From Spirochaetia bacterium (GTDB lineage Bacteria > Spirochaetota > Spirochaetia > SZUA-6 > Bin103): DNA of 64,000 nt. The position numbers were made by a program, and so were the translations under genes. How positions within the stretch are numbered: the stretch's first letter is position 1; every line of letters starts with the position of its first letter. The notes below the pieces were generated by a model that saw only the letters and a program-made list of their open reading frames with translations, had not been told where the DNA came from and did not search any database. The stretch spans positions 736,001-800,000 of the forward strand of contig CBDAOI010000002.1 in assembly GCA_965198005.1 (NCBI GenBank). Direction: 5' to 3'. Below, in pieces: positions 51,809-62,495 of the stretch.

Positions 51809-52918
51809 GTGGAGTGGATCCATGACAGGCCGGAATGGCCGCAGTTCACCTGGGACGACGCGGCCCTGACGAGCGCGCTCGCGGACGTGCGCCATCGGCA
51901 GGGCCGGCACCTCGGCAGGATGGAGGCGCTCGGATTCGACGTCCGGGCCGAAACGAGCGTTTCCGCGCTCACCGACGAGGTGGTGCGCTCCTCGGCCATT
52001 GAGGGCGAGCACCTCGACCCCGGCGAGGTGCGCTCGTCGATCGTCCGCCGGCTTGGCCTCGACGCCCCCGGCCTGCCCTCCCCGGGGGGCGGAGTCGAGG
52101 GGGCGGTTGCGATGACGCTCGACGCGACGCGCAACTTCGAGTCGCCACTCACGGCAGAGCGCCTGCATGGCTGGCACGCGGCGCTGTTTCCGACCGGACG
52201 CAGCGGCATGATTCGCATTACCGTGGGAGCTTGGCGCACCGACCAGGCCGGTCCGATGCAGGTGGTCTCGGGTCCTGTCGGCACAGAGCGGGTGCACTAT
52301 CAGGCGCCTGCCGCCACGCGGCTCGAATGCGAGATGCAGCGCTTCCTCGAGTGGTTTGCAACCACTCCGATCGACCCCGTGCTCAAGGCCGGCGTCGCCC
52401 ACTTCCGGTTCGTGACGATTCATCCGTTCGACGACGGCAACGGTCGTATCGGCCGCGCCATCGCCGACCTCGCGCTGGCACAGGCGGATGGCACGAAGGA
52501 ACGCTTCTACAGCATGTCGAAAGGCATCGCGGCGCGGCGCGCGGCGTATTACCGCCAGCTTGAAGCGGCCCAGCGAGGCGACCTCGACATCACCGCGTGG
52601 CTGCTGTGGTTCCTGGGTTGCCTCGACCAGACCATCCGGGACGCCGGCACTCAGCTCGCTGCGGCGCTCGACAAGGCGAAGTTGCGGCAGCGGATCATCC
52701 GGCACCCATTGAACGAACGGCAACGCACGATCATCGACCGGCTGCTCGACAACTTCCAGGGCCATCTCACCACGTCGAAGTACGCCAAGCTCGCCAAGTG
52801 CTCGAACGACACCGCACTGCGCGACCTCCGTGACCTGCTCGCGCGCGCAATCATCGCCCGCAACCCCGGCGGCGGACGCAGCACCAGCTACCGGCTTGAA
52901 ACACGACTCTCGCAGTAG
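51809..52918 (+). CDS. Fic family protein with DUF4172-like N-terminus
   Basis: WP.FTWD, SSAIEGE, HPFDDGNGRIGR, GGGRSTSY. Confidence 0.92.
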   Translation: MEWIHDRPEWPQFTWDDAALTSALADVRHRQGRHLGRMEALGFDVRAETSVSALTDEVVRSSAIEGEHLDPGEVRSSIVRRLGLDAPGLPSPGGGVEGAVAMTLDATRNFESPLTAERLHGWHAALFPTGRSGMIRITVGAWRTDQAGPMQVVSGPVGTERVHYQAPAATRLECEMQRFLEWFATTPIDPVLKAGVAHFRFVTIHPFDDGNGRIGRAIADLALAQADGTKERFYSMSKGIAARRAAYYRQLEAAQRGDLDITAWLLWFLGCLDQTIRDAGTQLAAALDKAKLRQRIIRHPLNERQRTIIDRLLDNFQGHLTTSKYAKLAKCSNDTALRDLRDLLARAIIARNPGGGRSTSYRLETRLSQ

Positions 52919-53569
52919 CAGCAAAATGAATCCCTGCTCTCGCATCAGGAATTCGTGAATCACTGTCTTGAGCTCCGAACTCACCCGGTTCCACGTTGGT
53001 CGATGGGCCATCCTGTCGACTGATTTCCAAGGATGCGCCCCGACGTCTGACCGAACGACTGGGCAGGTCGGTTGGCACTGACGCCCGATCCGCTGGTCGG
53101 CGGTGGTGGTGACCCCGGTGGCGCCGCGCCGGTATCCGATCTCCCGGTGCACCCAACTGACGACCTGGTTGACCGCTGCCAGCAGGGAGTCGGCGGCGTC
53201 GGGGTGTTCCGCGACCTGCAGCGCATCGGCTACGCGATCCAGTTCACGGTGCCGGCGGCAAAATCCATTCGGGAGGCCGACAAGATCTGGGCCGCGATCC
53301 TCGCCAGTGTACGGCGCGTCGAGTCTGATGAATAGCGCGCGCGATGGTCATGTATAATTGTGAAGCTGCAGAATCCGTAGCCCGGGCTCGGCCGGCAGAT
53401 CGCGATCGTTGGTCAACCCGCAGGCACAATCGCGGTACCGCACCACCAACAAACCCAGCAGGGTAAGACTCGAGGTGACCACTCGGCGCCGACCGGCAGC
53501 AGAGAGGCTCCGCACACCCAGGGTCGAGTTTGACCAGCCCTTGCCAAGATCGACACGTTCGTACGTCGG

Positions 53570-54754
53570 CTAGCCCTTGAAAAGGTCGGCGTTCTTCGGG
53601 CTCCCGAGGAACCCGGTCAACGAGGTATACTCGATGCCGCGAGCCGCGAATGGCTGGTCAATCGGGGCCACCACCCACCGCCGCTCGATCTGCAGATCCT
53701 CGACAGAGATCCAGAAACCGCGGTCGACCTTTGGCGCGGTCGATGCCTTGAATTCGACCGCTACTCTACTGGATCCCGTCTCCAGCAGCAGATCGATCTC
53801 CGCGCCGTGGGAGGTTCGGTAGAAACTGTAGCGAACCTCCGGCCGCAGCGCCGCGACGATATTCTCGATGCACAGAGACTCCCACGCATACCCGAAAACC
53901 TGGTGGCCGGCGGCCGCGTTCCAGTCGGGAAGTCTCAGCAGCACCAGCAGCAAGCCCGTGTCGCGCAAGTAGAGCTTTGGCGAACGGATCAGCCGTTTGC
54001 GAAGATTGGCGTGGAACGGCTGTAATCGTCTGACCACGAACGCGCCCTCGAGGGCGTCCAGGTAGAGACGCACCGACTTGGCATCCAGCGCGAGCGAGTT
54101 GGCGATGCCGTTCATGTTGAGCAGCTGCCCGTGGGAGTGGGCCGCCATCTGCAGTAGCCGGTCGGCCGTCGGCGGCGAGAGGCGGGGGTTCAGCGCCAGC
54201 AGGTCGCGCTCCAGGAACGTCCGTACGAAGTCAAGACGCCACTGGAAGCTCTGCGCATCGTCGAGCGCCAGCAGACTGCGGGGATAACCGCCGCGGTTCA
54301 GATAGGCGTTGAGGTCTGTCAGCCCGGGCCGGTCTGCCACCTCGCCCCATAGAAACGGCGTAAGCTCCAGGTAGCTGATGCGGCCGGCCAAAGACTCGGA
54401 GCTCTGGCGAATGAGGTCCCTCGCAGCCGAGCCGAGGATGAGGAACTGGCCCGGGCGGCCATCGCGGTCGACCCAGTACCTGATAACCGGAAACAGCTCC
54501 GGCCGCCTCTGTATCTCGTCGATGCAGACCAGCCGCTCCGAGTTGGCTGCGAAGAAGGCCTCCGGGTCATCGAGTCGGAGAAGGTCGCCTGGGCGCTCCA
54601 GATCCAGCCGCAACAGCCGCGGGTCCTCTGCTGCGTGCATCCGTGCCAAGGTCGATTTTCCAGCCTGTCTGGGGCCGAGGATCGCGACCACTGGTGAGAC
54701 CGCTAACATGGCTCGGAGGGAGGTGTGGAGATTCCGATCCACATGACCGTGCAT
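53570..54754 (-). CDS. AAA_14 ATPase with DUF4143 domain
   Basis: GPRQAGKST, IDEIQ, ESLAGR, RGGYP, SPKLYLRDTG. Confidence 0.92.
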   Translation of the reverse strand: MHGHVDRNLHTSLRAMLAVSPVVAILGPRQAGKSTLARMHAAEDPRLLRLDLERPGDLLRLDDPEAFFAANSERLVCIDEIQRRPELFPVIRYWVDRDGRPGQFLILGSAARDLIRQSSESLAGRISYLELTPFLWGEVADRPGLTDLNAYLNRGGYPRSLLALDDAQSFQWRLDFVRTFLERDLLALNPRLSPPTADRLLQMAAHSHGQLLNMNGIANSLALDAKSVRLYLDALEGAFVVRRLQPFHANLRKRLIRSPKLYLRDTGLLLVLLRLPDWNAAAGHQVFGYAWESLCIENIVAALRPEVRYSFYRTSHGAEIDLLLETGSSRVAVEFKASTAPKVDRGFWISVEDLQIERRWVVAPIDQPFAARGIEYTSLTGFLGSPKNADLFKG

Positions 54755-54890
54755 TTAGGGATTCATAGACCATAATTACACGCTTGTCCATGTTCTTGGG
54801 GCCCCAACCGTTGTGCGCCCCGGCACAGCATGGGCCCGAGCGCCGGTTGGGCGGGACCAGACGGCGTGCTCTCGCCAGGATTGGCCAAAT

Positions 54891-55211
54891 CAACGATCCA
54901 ATCGTATATTTGCACACAACATGCTGCTGGCAGAATCTCCTCTTGATGCCGTCACCCAGACCCTGGCGGGGCGCACCGGCGTCCTGCGCTACCACTCTCT
55001 CCCGGCACAGCATGGGCACCGATCGCGCCGGTGCACACTGGGCGGGACCAGATCTGGCGCCGACTACGTGCAGACCAAATATCTGCGATCTCGACTGGTA
55101 CGTGCTAACCGACGGCGCGTACAACCTCCGGCGCCGGACGCCGCCGGGATTCTCCACAGCCGCACGTTCCCTGGTCTGCGCAACGATCCAATCGTATATT
55201 TGCACACAACA
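54891..55211 (+). repeat. Perfect 31-bp direct repeat pair, 290 bp apart
   Basis: CAACGATCCAATCGTATATTTGCACACAACA at 54891 and 55181. Confidence 0.9.
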
Positions 55212-55260
55212 CTGCCGGCTCCCGGTAAGCGGCGGCGCACGCGCCCCAGGACGATTCCCG

Positions 55261-55827
55261 CTACTTCACGGACTCGATCGTTACCCGAACCTCGTCCAGC
55301 AGCACGCCCCAGGTCTTGCCGGGATGGTCGCGCAGGTCGTGCACCACCAGATCGAAGGTCAACCGGGTTGCCTGCCCGGCGCGCACCTCCACGGCGACCC
55401 GCGCCGGGGAGAGCTCCAGCGGCACCTCGACCGCGTCTCCGCTCAGCACCACGCCGCGCGCGCCCGCCACCAGCAGATCGGCCGCGTCGTAGCGCGCCGC
55501 GGCCACCGCTGCCCGGACCAGCTCGTAGGTGGCGCCGTCCCGGTAGCGGGTCAGGTCCACTTCGTGCCCGGGCGCCTGCAGCACCACCCAGCCCTGCTCC
55601 GGCACCCGGCCGCGCTGGTGCAGCCGGGCGCCGTCGACCGCCACCACCAGGGAAGAGAAGTCGTCGATCGCCTCGCGGTGGTCGGTGATCAGCACCACCA
55701 CCTCGCCGGTCTCGGTCGCCGCCTCCGCGCCGCCGCCGGCGGCAACGCTCAGCGCGCCCGCCAGGAACAGCACCGCGGCAACCACCGGGAGCGCCAGACG
55801 GACGAACCTCAGCCGGTCCTCGTACAC
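55261..55827 (-). CDS. Secreted DUF4382-like protein
   Basis: GGAGAGGA SD, signal peptide, V.ITD..AIDDFSSL.V.V...VDL. Confidence 0.65.
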   Translation of the reverse strand: MYEDRLRFVRLALPVVAAVLFLAGALSVAAGGGAEAATETGEVVVLITDHREAIDDFSSLVVAVDGARLHQRGRVPEQGWVVLQAPGHEVDLTRYRDGATYELVRAAVAAARYDAADLLVAGARGVVLSGDAVEVPLELSPARVAVEVRAGQATRLTFDLVVHDLRDHPGKTWGVLLDEVRVTIESVK

Positions 55828-55849
55828 CTGTTTCCTCTCCTCTCCTGCG

Positions 55850-56225
55850 GATGACGTGTCTGCGGATGACGTGGATCGAACAGAATGATGCCGTGGTCGC
55901 AGATGTCCAGCAGAAGCCAGGGCGTATCCGCCAGCTCGGTCTCGGAACGGAACACCGGGAACGGCTCGGTCGGGATCTGGTGCGCGTGCAGCTCCCGTAC
56001 CAGCGGATGGTCCCGCAACTGCAGCGCCGCTTCCAGGAATGCCGCGAACACGGCGGCACGTTCGCCGCGATGGACCACGAACAGATCGACGTCGCTCGCT
56101 GCGTGCGCCTGCCCGCGGGCAACCGAGCCGTACACGGCCACCGCCGACACGCGCTCCCCGAGCCGGACGCGCACCGGCCAGGTACAGGTCGAGCAGTGGC
56201 TTCAGGTCGGAGTACCCATGACCCC
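55850..56225 (-). pseudogene. Minimal nucleotidyltransferase (MNT) domain, frameshifted and truncated
   Basis: YGSVARG....SDVDLFVV; N-terminal LKPLLDLYL lies in another frame. Confidence 0.7.
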
Positions 56226-56599
56226 CTTGCTGCCGGCCGGCAGACGACATCACAGCACCAGAGTATCACGAACCCGCCGCGGATGGGGGTGACGGGTCCC
56301 GCCGTGGCTGGCGGTGCCGGGCCGGCTGCGGCCGATCGCAGCAAGGCCGGAGTGGCCCGGGGCAGGCCGCCCGGCCCGATGCCGTGCCCGAACCGGCGTC
56401 TTCCTGTCTGCGACATGGCGGCATTTTTTGACTCGGCCTAGTGAACGCGATAAGTTGGACCCGATGGATGCACCATGCCAGCGCCACACGTTTCTGCTCG
56501 CTGTACGCTTCATGATCATATGTCGAAGTCTGTCCTCACAGACCGCCTTCACTGACGAGTGACCGCGAGTACGGCGAAGCATCCGGCGTTAAGGAAATC

Positions 56600-57491
56600 G
56601 ACGATGGCAGAGCTACGAACATAAAAACCCCAGTCAGGCACAAGACCGCATTTACTCGTGCAAAGAATCGTACACTTGAAATCAAGCACATGATCTTTCA
56701 CGAAGAAGGGGGACGGGGGCTTCATTTAGTACCCAACCAACAAACAAGAGACTTGGAAAGGATTCTCGCAACATTCCTTCCAGAAATGAAAGATCAATGG
56801 AGTAACCCTCCCGACGGATTTCGATTGGCAGTTGCCAGGAACCGATGCTTCCTGCTCATTGAGGAATCGGTCTCCAGCAGTCTCGGCTTTGGTATATTCC
56901 CCAGGTCAGTATTTCCTTCCAGGGAACTACGTCGAATGATTCACGTGCCCGGATTTCGTGGCAACCCCGAACGCGTCTATGCCAGGACGGCGTCGGGACC
57001 TCCTTTCCCCGGGACATTTGAGAAGTACGTGGCCACCACCATTGTGGATTGGCAGACGAATGAAGATACTCGTGTGAGACATCTCGAGGCCATGCTTGAA
57101 GACCTTGGCTTGACGCGTAGAGTGTCTGCTAAACAGGTAAACGACATGCAACTCGACTTGCAGGTCGGACGGCTAATTGCCACAGTATCGTCTGGCGCGA
57201 ATCATGGGAGATGCGGCCCAGCGCGGCGTCAAGTTGGTCGTGGAGACCCATAGCGCGTTGTTGTTGCTGCACGTGCGAACGTTGGTAGCGCAGGGTAATC
57301 TCGATCCGGGTTTGGTGAAGCTACACTGGTTCTCGCGATGCCCAGAAGATGGAGCGACCTCAATCCACAGTGTCGATCTGGATCGCGAAGGCGCCTTTGG
57401 AGATTGGCCGGAAGACTTTGGTGCGGTCGAGTTGATGGCTGAGGGTGCCTATCTCGACACGGTGGAAGCGCATCGTCAGTTGAGCGCATGA
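56600..57491 (+). pseudogene. AAA ATPase / DUF3696-type remnant, lower GC
   Basis: HVPGFRGNPER, VVETHS.LLL, G.FGDWP.DF; Walker A and EQPE segments missing. Confidence 0.6.
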
Positions 57492-57635
57492 TGAAGGCCC
57501 CCGCGTCGGTGGCGATCGCGTTGGGGCGCCGGCGATGCGCTCTGCCTTGATTCCGCCGGCCGAGTGCGTACCGGGTGCGTGACCCGGCTCTACCCGGCTC
57601 CCGGCGCCAACCGCATTCGGGTATGCTCCAGTACC

Positions 57636-59030
57636 ATGTCCAACATCACCCGCCGCCTGGCCGAATTCGCGGCCGGGCTTGGCTTCGACGACATCCCGGG
57701 CGCGGTGGTCGAGCGCGCCAAGGCCCTGGTGCTCGACCAGTTCGGGATCGCGCTGCGCGCCCGCCGCGAAGCCGCGATCGCGCCCAGCCTGGAGCGTGCG
57801 CTGGCGCGGCTCGGCCTGACCGGCGGGACCGCCACGGTGATCGGCGACGCCGTCTCCTACCCGCCGCCGGCCGCGGCGTTGTTCAACGGCACCCTCGGCC
57901 ACTGCCTGGACTTCGACGACACCCACGCGCGCGGCTCGATCCATTCCAGCGCGCCCATCGTGCCGGCGGCGCTGGCGGCTGCCGAGATGAGCGGCGCGGA
58001 CGGGCGCAGCGTCGCCGCCGGGATCATCGCCGGCTACGAGATCCAGATCCGCCTCAGCCTGGCCCTGGGTCCCAGCGCGCACTACGCACGGGGCTTTCAC
58101 CCCACCGCGACCTGCGGGGTGTTCGGGGCCGCGGCCGCGGCCGGCGGTGTGCTCGGGCTGTCCGTGGAGCAGATGGCGCGCGCGTTCGGCCTGTGCGGCT
58201 CGCAGGCGGCCGGATCGATGCAGTTCCTCCATGACGGCGCCTGGAACAAGGCGTACCACACCGGCTACGCCGCGCTGGGCGGCCTGATCGCCGCGACCAT
58301 GGCGGCGGAGGACGTGCGCGGCGCGGCCGCCGCGATTGAAGGCAGGGCGGGATTCCTGCGCGGCTACTCCCCGGACCCGCAGCCGGCACTCGCGGTCGAG
58401 GGGCTGGGGTCGGTGTGGGAAACCCTGCAAATAGCGGTCAAGCCGTATCCTTCCTGCCGCTACGGGCACGCGGCGATGGACGCGCTCATCGCACTGCGCG
58501 CCGAGCACGCGCTGGACGCGGCTGCGATCGAGACGATCGAGGCGGTGGAGATTGGGCTGCCGCGCACCGGCTGGAACATCATCGGCGACCCGGAGAGCGC
58601 CAAGCAGAACCCGCGGAACTACGTGGACGGGCAGTTCTCGATGCCGTTCGTCGCCGCGGTGGCGCTCCGCACCGGCGGTTTGGGCTGGGATGACTACGCG
58701 CGCCATCTCGTTGACCCGGTGACCATGGCGCTGTGCCGGCGCGTCCGGACCGTCGTGGATCCCGCGGTCGAGGCCGCCTACCCGGCGCACATGGGCGGCT
58801 CCGCGCGGGTGGCGGTTAGCGGGCGGAAGCTGGACCAGGTCGTGATCGTAGCCCGCGGCGAACCGGAGAACTTTCTCAGCCGGGCCGAGCTGCGGCAGAA
58901 GTTCGACGCGCTGGTCGAGCCGTACCTGGAGCCGGACCGGCGTACGCGTCTGGCCGCCGCCGCGCTCACGCTGGAGCAGTGCTCCGCACTCTCCGCGCTC
59001 CTGGCGCTGACCCGGCCGGCCGGCCCGTGA
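57636..59030 (+). CDS. MmgE/PrpD family protein
   Basis: NGTLGHCLDFDDTH, GFHPTAT, KPYPSCRYGH, QFSMPF. Confidence 0.93.
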   Translation: MSNITRRLAEFAAGLGFDDIPGAVVERAKALVLDQFGIALRARREAAIAPSLERALARLGLTGGTATVIGDAVSYPPPAAALFNGTLGHCLDFDDTHARGSIHSSAPIVPAALAAAEMSGADGRSVAAGIIAGYEIQIRLSLALGPSAHYARGFHPTATCGVFGAAAAAGGVLGLSVEQMARAFGLCGSQAAGSMQFLHDGAWNKAYHTGYAALGGLIAATMAAEDVRGAAAAIEGRAGFLRGYSPDPQPALAVEGLGSVWETLQIAVKPYPSCRYGHAAMDALIALRAEHALDAAAIETIEAVEIGLPRTGWNIIGDPESAKQNPRNYVDGQFSMPFVAAVALRTGGLGWDDYARHLVDPVTMALCRRVRTVVDPAVEAAYPAHMGGSARVAVSGRKLDQVVIVARGEPENFLSRAELRQKFDALVEPYLEPDRRTRLAAAALTLEQCSALSALLALTRPAGP

Positions 59031-59048
59031 GCCTGCGACCGCGCTTAG

Positions 59049-59300
59049 TCAGGACAATCCCTTGTGCCGCAGCACGTTGAGCGCCTTCCATTCGAGCAGC
59101 GGCTGGGCTTGGATGCGTTTCTGAAGCGAGCGATCGGAGGTCAGAATCGTCGCGTCGATTTCTCCTGTCTCCAGCAGCAGATCGAGGAACGCGCGCTCAG
59201 CGTCCTTGAAGGGCAACACCGCTGACAACCCTCGCCGGCATTCTTCGACCAGGGTCTTTCCATAGGTCGCCGCCTCCTCACGCCCTCCGATCACACCGAT
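59049..59300 (-). pseudogene. AbiEii-type nucleotidyltransferase C-terminal fragment
   Basis: LPF..AERAFLD....GEI.......I..QP.L.WKALNV. Confidence 0.55.
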
Positions 59301-59384
59301 ATGGAGCGACGGCACCTGATCGGCGGGGTGGCGCGGGTGGGAGGTCTGTTGTCGGGCGTGATCGGAACCCGTAGACTGCCTCTC

Positions 59385-59630
59385 ATGGCAGGCGACAGCA
59401 ACAGCGAGTTGCGCGGGTTTGTCGAACGGTGGCGGATAGCCGGTGCCCGGCTGGCGGCGTTGCGCCGCGCGCAACTCCGTCACGTCGAGGTGGCCGACCA
59501 CATCGAGTTTCTTGACGGTGCGTTCGAAGCGTCGCTCGCCGGTCCGGTGCGAACCACGTCCGGGCTGGTGCAGCAGCAGGCGATGTTTGCCGGAATGCGG
59601 GATGCGCGACGTCTTTCACCTGGCGAATGA
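59385..59630 (+). CDS. Small putative antitoxin-like protein; partner gene truncated after ~15 codons
   Basis: W..AG..L...RR..LR...SGLV.QQ..F pattern; overlapping MRDVFHLANEIQSFC stub. Confidence 0.45.
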   Translation: MAGDSNSELRGFVERWRIAGARLAALRRAQLRHVEVADHIEFLDGAFEASLAGPVRTTSGLVQQQAMFAGMRDARRLSPGE

Positions 59631-59659
59631 GATCCAGTCGTTCTGCCGCACCGAACACA

Positions 59660-60355
59660 CTCGATCTTCAGGCGGTCGACGACCTGCTGACCACCACCCG
59701 CGCCGTGCGCCGCCGCCTCGATTATGACCGGCCGGTCGAGCGCAGCGTGATTCTGGACTGCATTCGCCAGGCGCAGCAGGCGCCGACCGGCGGCAACGCC
59801 CAGGGCTGGCGCTGGATCGTGGTGGAGGACGCTACGACCCGCGCGGCGCTCGCGGACATCTACCGGCGCGGCGGCGAGCCGGCACTGCGCCAGGGGTTGG
59901 CGGGCGCGCGCACCGGGCAGACGCGCCGCGTGTACGCCGCGGCCCTGTTCCTGATGGAGCGGCTCGCCCGCGTGCCGGTCCACGTCATCCCCTGCATCAC
60001 GGGGCGCTGGCCCGAGCACCCGACCAACGCCGCCCTCGCGCCGCGCTACGGCTCGATCTTCCCGGCGGTGTGGTCGTTTCAGCTCGCGCTGCGGGCGCGC
60101 GGTCTCGGCACCGTGCTGACCACCGTGCATCTCAACGCCGAGCGCGCGGCCGCCGAGCTGCTCGGCCTGCCCGACGACGTGCTGCAGATCGGGCTGCTTC
60201 CCGTCGCCTACACCACCGGCGGCGAGTGGCGCCCGGCCGCCCGCCCCCCGGCGGCGGCGATCGTCCACTTCGACCGCTGGCAGGACCCGCCCGGCGTCAA
60301 GCGCGCCGGCTGCGGCGGTTTGGATCCGCGCCCGCGTAGAGCTGCCGGCGCCTGA
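59660..60355 (+). CDS. Nitroreductase family protein (start unclear)
   Basis: LLTTTRAVRRRLD, QAPTGGNAQGW, LALRARGLGT. Confidence 0.85.
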   Translation, partial: LDLQAVDDLLTTTRAVRRRLDYDRPVERSVILDCIRQAQQAPTGGNAQGWRWIVVEDATTRAALADIYRRGGEPALRQGLAGARTGQTRRVYAAALFLMERLARVPVHVIPCITGRWPEHPTNAALAPRYGSIFPAVWSFQLALRARGLGTVLTTVHLNAERAAAELLGLPDDVLQIGLLPVAYTTGGEWRPAARPPAAAIVHFDRWQDPPGVKRAGCGGLDPRPRRAAGA

Positions 60356-61169
60356 CCGCGGAGTCGCGCCGGCAGCGCTCGAAGTCCGCCTCGTGCAACC
60401 GGCCGCGCGGCGGATCGGCCAGCTCGAAGTGCCCGTAGCGATCCTCGCCGCGCACCAGGCGGACCATCCAGCGCTCGCCCGTGCGCTGGCGCATCGAAGG
60501 CCTGATATAGCGAATTGCCGCGCCGATGCGGCGATCGTCGGTGGTGTTGGGTCCGGAGGCGTGAAACAGATGGCCGTGGTGCAGCGAGGCCTGACCGGTC
60601 TGCAGCTCGGCGGCCACGCCATCCTCCTCGTCGACCTCGACGGCAATCTCCTGGCCGCGGGTAAGCAGGTTGTCGGCGGCGAAGGTATCGACGTGCGGCA
60701 CCAGTCGGCGCCGGTGGCTGCCCGGCACGAACCGCATGCAGCCGCTGTGGACCGTGGCCGGTGACAGCGCCACCCAGCCAGTGGTCTCGTCGACGTCGTC
60801 CAGCCCCCAGTAGGTCAGGTCCTGGTGCCAGGACACGATCTTGGGCGAGTGCGCTTCCTTGATGAACAGGTTCACGCTCCAGACGATGAGATCCGGGCCG
60901 AGCACCTCGGACGCCGCCGCCAGCAGCGTCTGGTTGCGGACCAGCGCGTCGAACGATGGAAGGAGATGGTTCGTGGAGGAGCGCAGGAGCCCCAACCGCT
61001 CCGGATCGTTGGCCAACTCCGCCTCCGCTGCCTCCAGATCGGCGCGGATCGCCTGAGCCTCGGCCACGCTGAGCACGTCGATCGGAAACACGAACCCGTC
61101 CCGCCGGTACGTCTCGGCCACGTCGATTGCTTCGGAACCCATGCGTGCCGCCTTGAAACTGACGTCCAT
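60297..61169 (-). CDS. Phytanoyl-CoA dioxygenase family
   Basis: FIKE, WHQD.TYW, PGSH, HASGPN...RRIG. Confidence 0.9.
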   Translation of the reverse strand: MDVSFKAARMGSEAIDVAETYRRDGFVFPIDVLSVAEAQAIRADLEAAEAELANDPERLGLLRSSTNHLLPSFDALVRNQTLLAAASEVLGPDLIVWSVNLFIKEAHSPKIVSWHQDLTYWGLDDVDETTGWVALSPATVHSGCMRFVPGSHRRRLVPHVDTFAADNLLTRGQEIAVEVDEEDGVAAELQTGQASLHHGHLFHASGPNTTDDRRIGAAIRYIRPSMRQRTGERWMVRLVRGEDRYGHFELADPPRGRLHEADFERCRRDSAVRRRQLYAGADPNRRSRRA

Positions 61170-61447
61170 TGCCGCGCCTTGCGCCGATCCCGAACTGTAG
61201 CACCGAATCGACGCGCCGGTCGACGGCACGATACGCCCGACAACAAGACCTGCTCGCACTCCGAGGCATATGGCAGAGTCCCGGCAACGTGTGCGCGCCA
61301 GGTGACGCCGTCAGCGCGACCTGCAGCCGCCGGCCGCCACGGGTTGAAGCGCCGGCGAGCGCGGTCCGTTGTACGATGACATGAGCTTATGAGCGACGTG
61401 ACGGACGTGACGAATGGTGGTGTACAGATCGCCGCCGAGGCGGTAAG

Positions 61448-62272
61448 ATGGCGGTTGTGGCGGTAGCCTTCGACACCCTCAAGGCGGCGACCCGGCTGCA
61501 GAAAGAAGCTGGTTTCGACGAAACCAAGGCACGGGTGCTGGTTTCGACCTTCGCCGAGGGCATGGTCGAGAACCTCGCCACCAAGGACGATATTGCAGGC
61601 CTGCGCCGCGAGATCGCAACTCTTGCCACCAGGGAAGAGCTGGCAGCCCTGCATGGCGAGACTAAGCAGACCGCGGCCAGCCTGCGTGCCGACATCGCAA
61701 CTCTTGCCACCAGAGAAGATCTGGCAGCCCTGCATGGCGAGACGAACCAGATGGCGGCCAGCCTGCGCGCCGAGATCGCAACTCTTGCCACCAGAGAAGA
61801 TCTGGCAGCCCTGCATGGCGAGACGAACCAGATGGCGGCCAGCCTGCGCGCCGAGATCGCAACTCTTGCCACCAGGGAAGAGCTGGCAGCCCTGCATGGC
61901 GAGACTAAGCAGACCGCGGCCAGCCTGTGCGCCGAGATCGCAACTCTTGCCACCAGGGAAGATCTGGCAGCCCTGCATGGCGAGACTAAGCAGACCGCGG
62001 CCAGCCTGTGCGCCGAGATCGCAACTCTTGCCACCAGGGAAGATCTGGCAGCCCTGCATGGCGAGACTAAGCAGACCGCGGCCAGCCTGTGCGCTGAGAT
62101 CGCAACTCTTGCCACCAGGGAAGAGCTGGCAGCCCTGCATGGCGAGACTAAGCAGACCGCGGCCAGCCTGCGTGCCGAGATCAGCAAGGTTCAGGAGCGG
62201 CTGACGGTACGCCTGGGAGGCGCTATCGCTGCCGCTGTGGCGATACTGGTTGCCGTAGACAAGCTGCTGTAA
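61448..62272 (+). CDS. DUF1640/CCDC90-like coiled-coil protein with C-terminal membrane anchor
   Basis: FDTLKA..L..AGF, LATKDDI, repeats, LTVRLGG hydrophobic tail. Confidence 0.85.
   Translation: MAVVAVAFDTLKAATRLQKEAGFDETKARVLVSTFAEGMVENLATKDDIAGLRREIATLATREELAALHGETKQTAASLRADIATLATREDLAALHGETNQMAASLRAEIATLATREDLAALHGETNQMAASLRAEIATLATREELAALHGETKQTAASLCAEIATLATREDLAALHGETKQTAASLCAEIATLATREDLAALHGETKQTAASLCAEIATLATREELAALHGETKQTAASLRAEISKVQERLTVRLGGAIAAAVAILVAVDKLL
61613..62179 (+). repeat. 7 x 81-bp in-frame tandem repeat
   Basis: IATLATRE(E/D)LAALHGET(K/N)Q(T/M)AASL(R/C)A(E/D). Confidence 0.97.
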
Positions 62273-62344
62273 GCCAGCACACACGCCGTCAACACGGTGA
62301 CGTCAAGCGGCCGAAGGATGGGGGGGATGGCGTGCTGCGGAGGC

Positions 62345-62495
62345 GGGGCGCTTGACCGGGAAGCCGTTGAGCGCCGGCTGGGATTGGACGTGCCTGTCTA
62401 CGTGCAGTACGGACGCTGGATGGGAGACATTTTCCTGCGCGGCAGCCTTGGTGAATCGCTGATGGGCCGCAGGGCGGTGGAGGAGAAGATAATAG
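62345..62495 (+). pseudogene. dppB internal fragment
   Basis: LDREAVERRLGLDVPVYVQYGRWMGDIFLRGSLGESL. Confidence 0.85.

Noticed and set aside
53072-53335. Possible small CDS
   Set aside because: No recognisable motif, start or SD; probably a fused remnant
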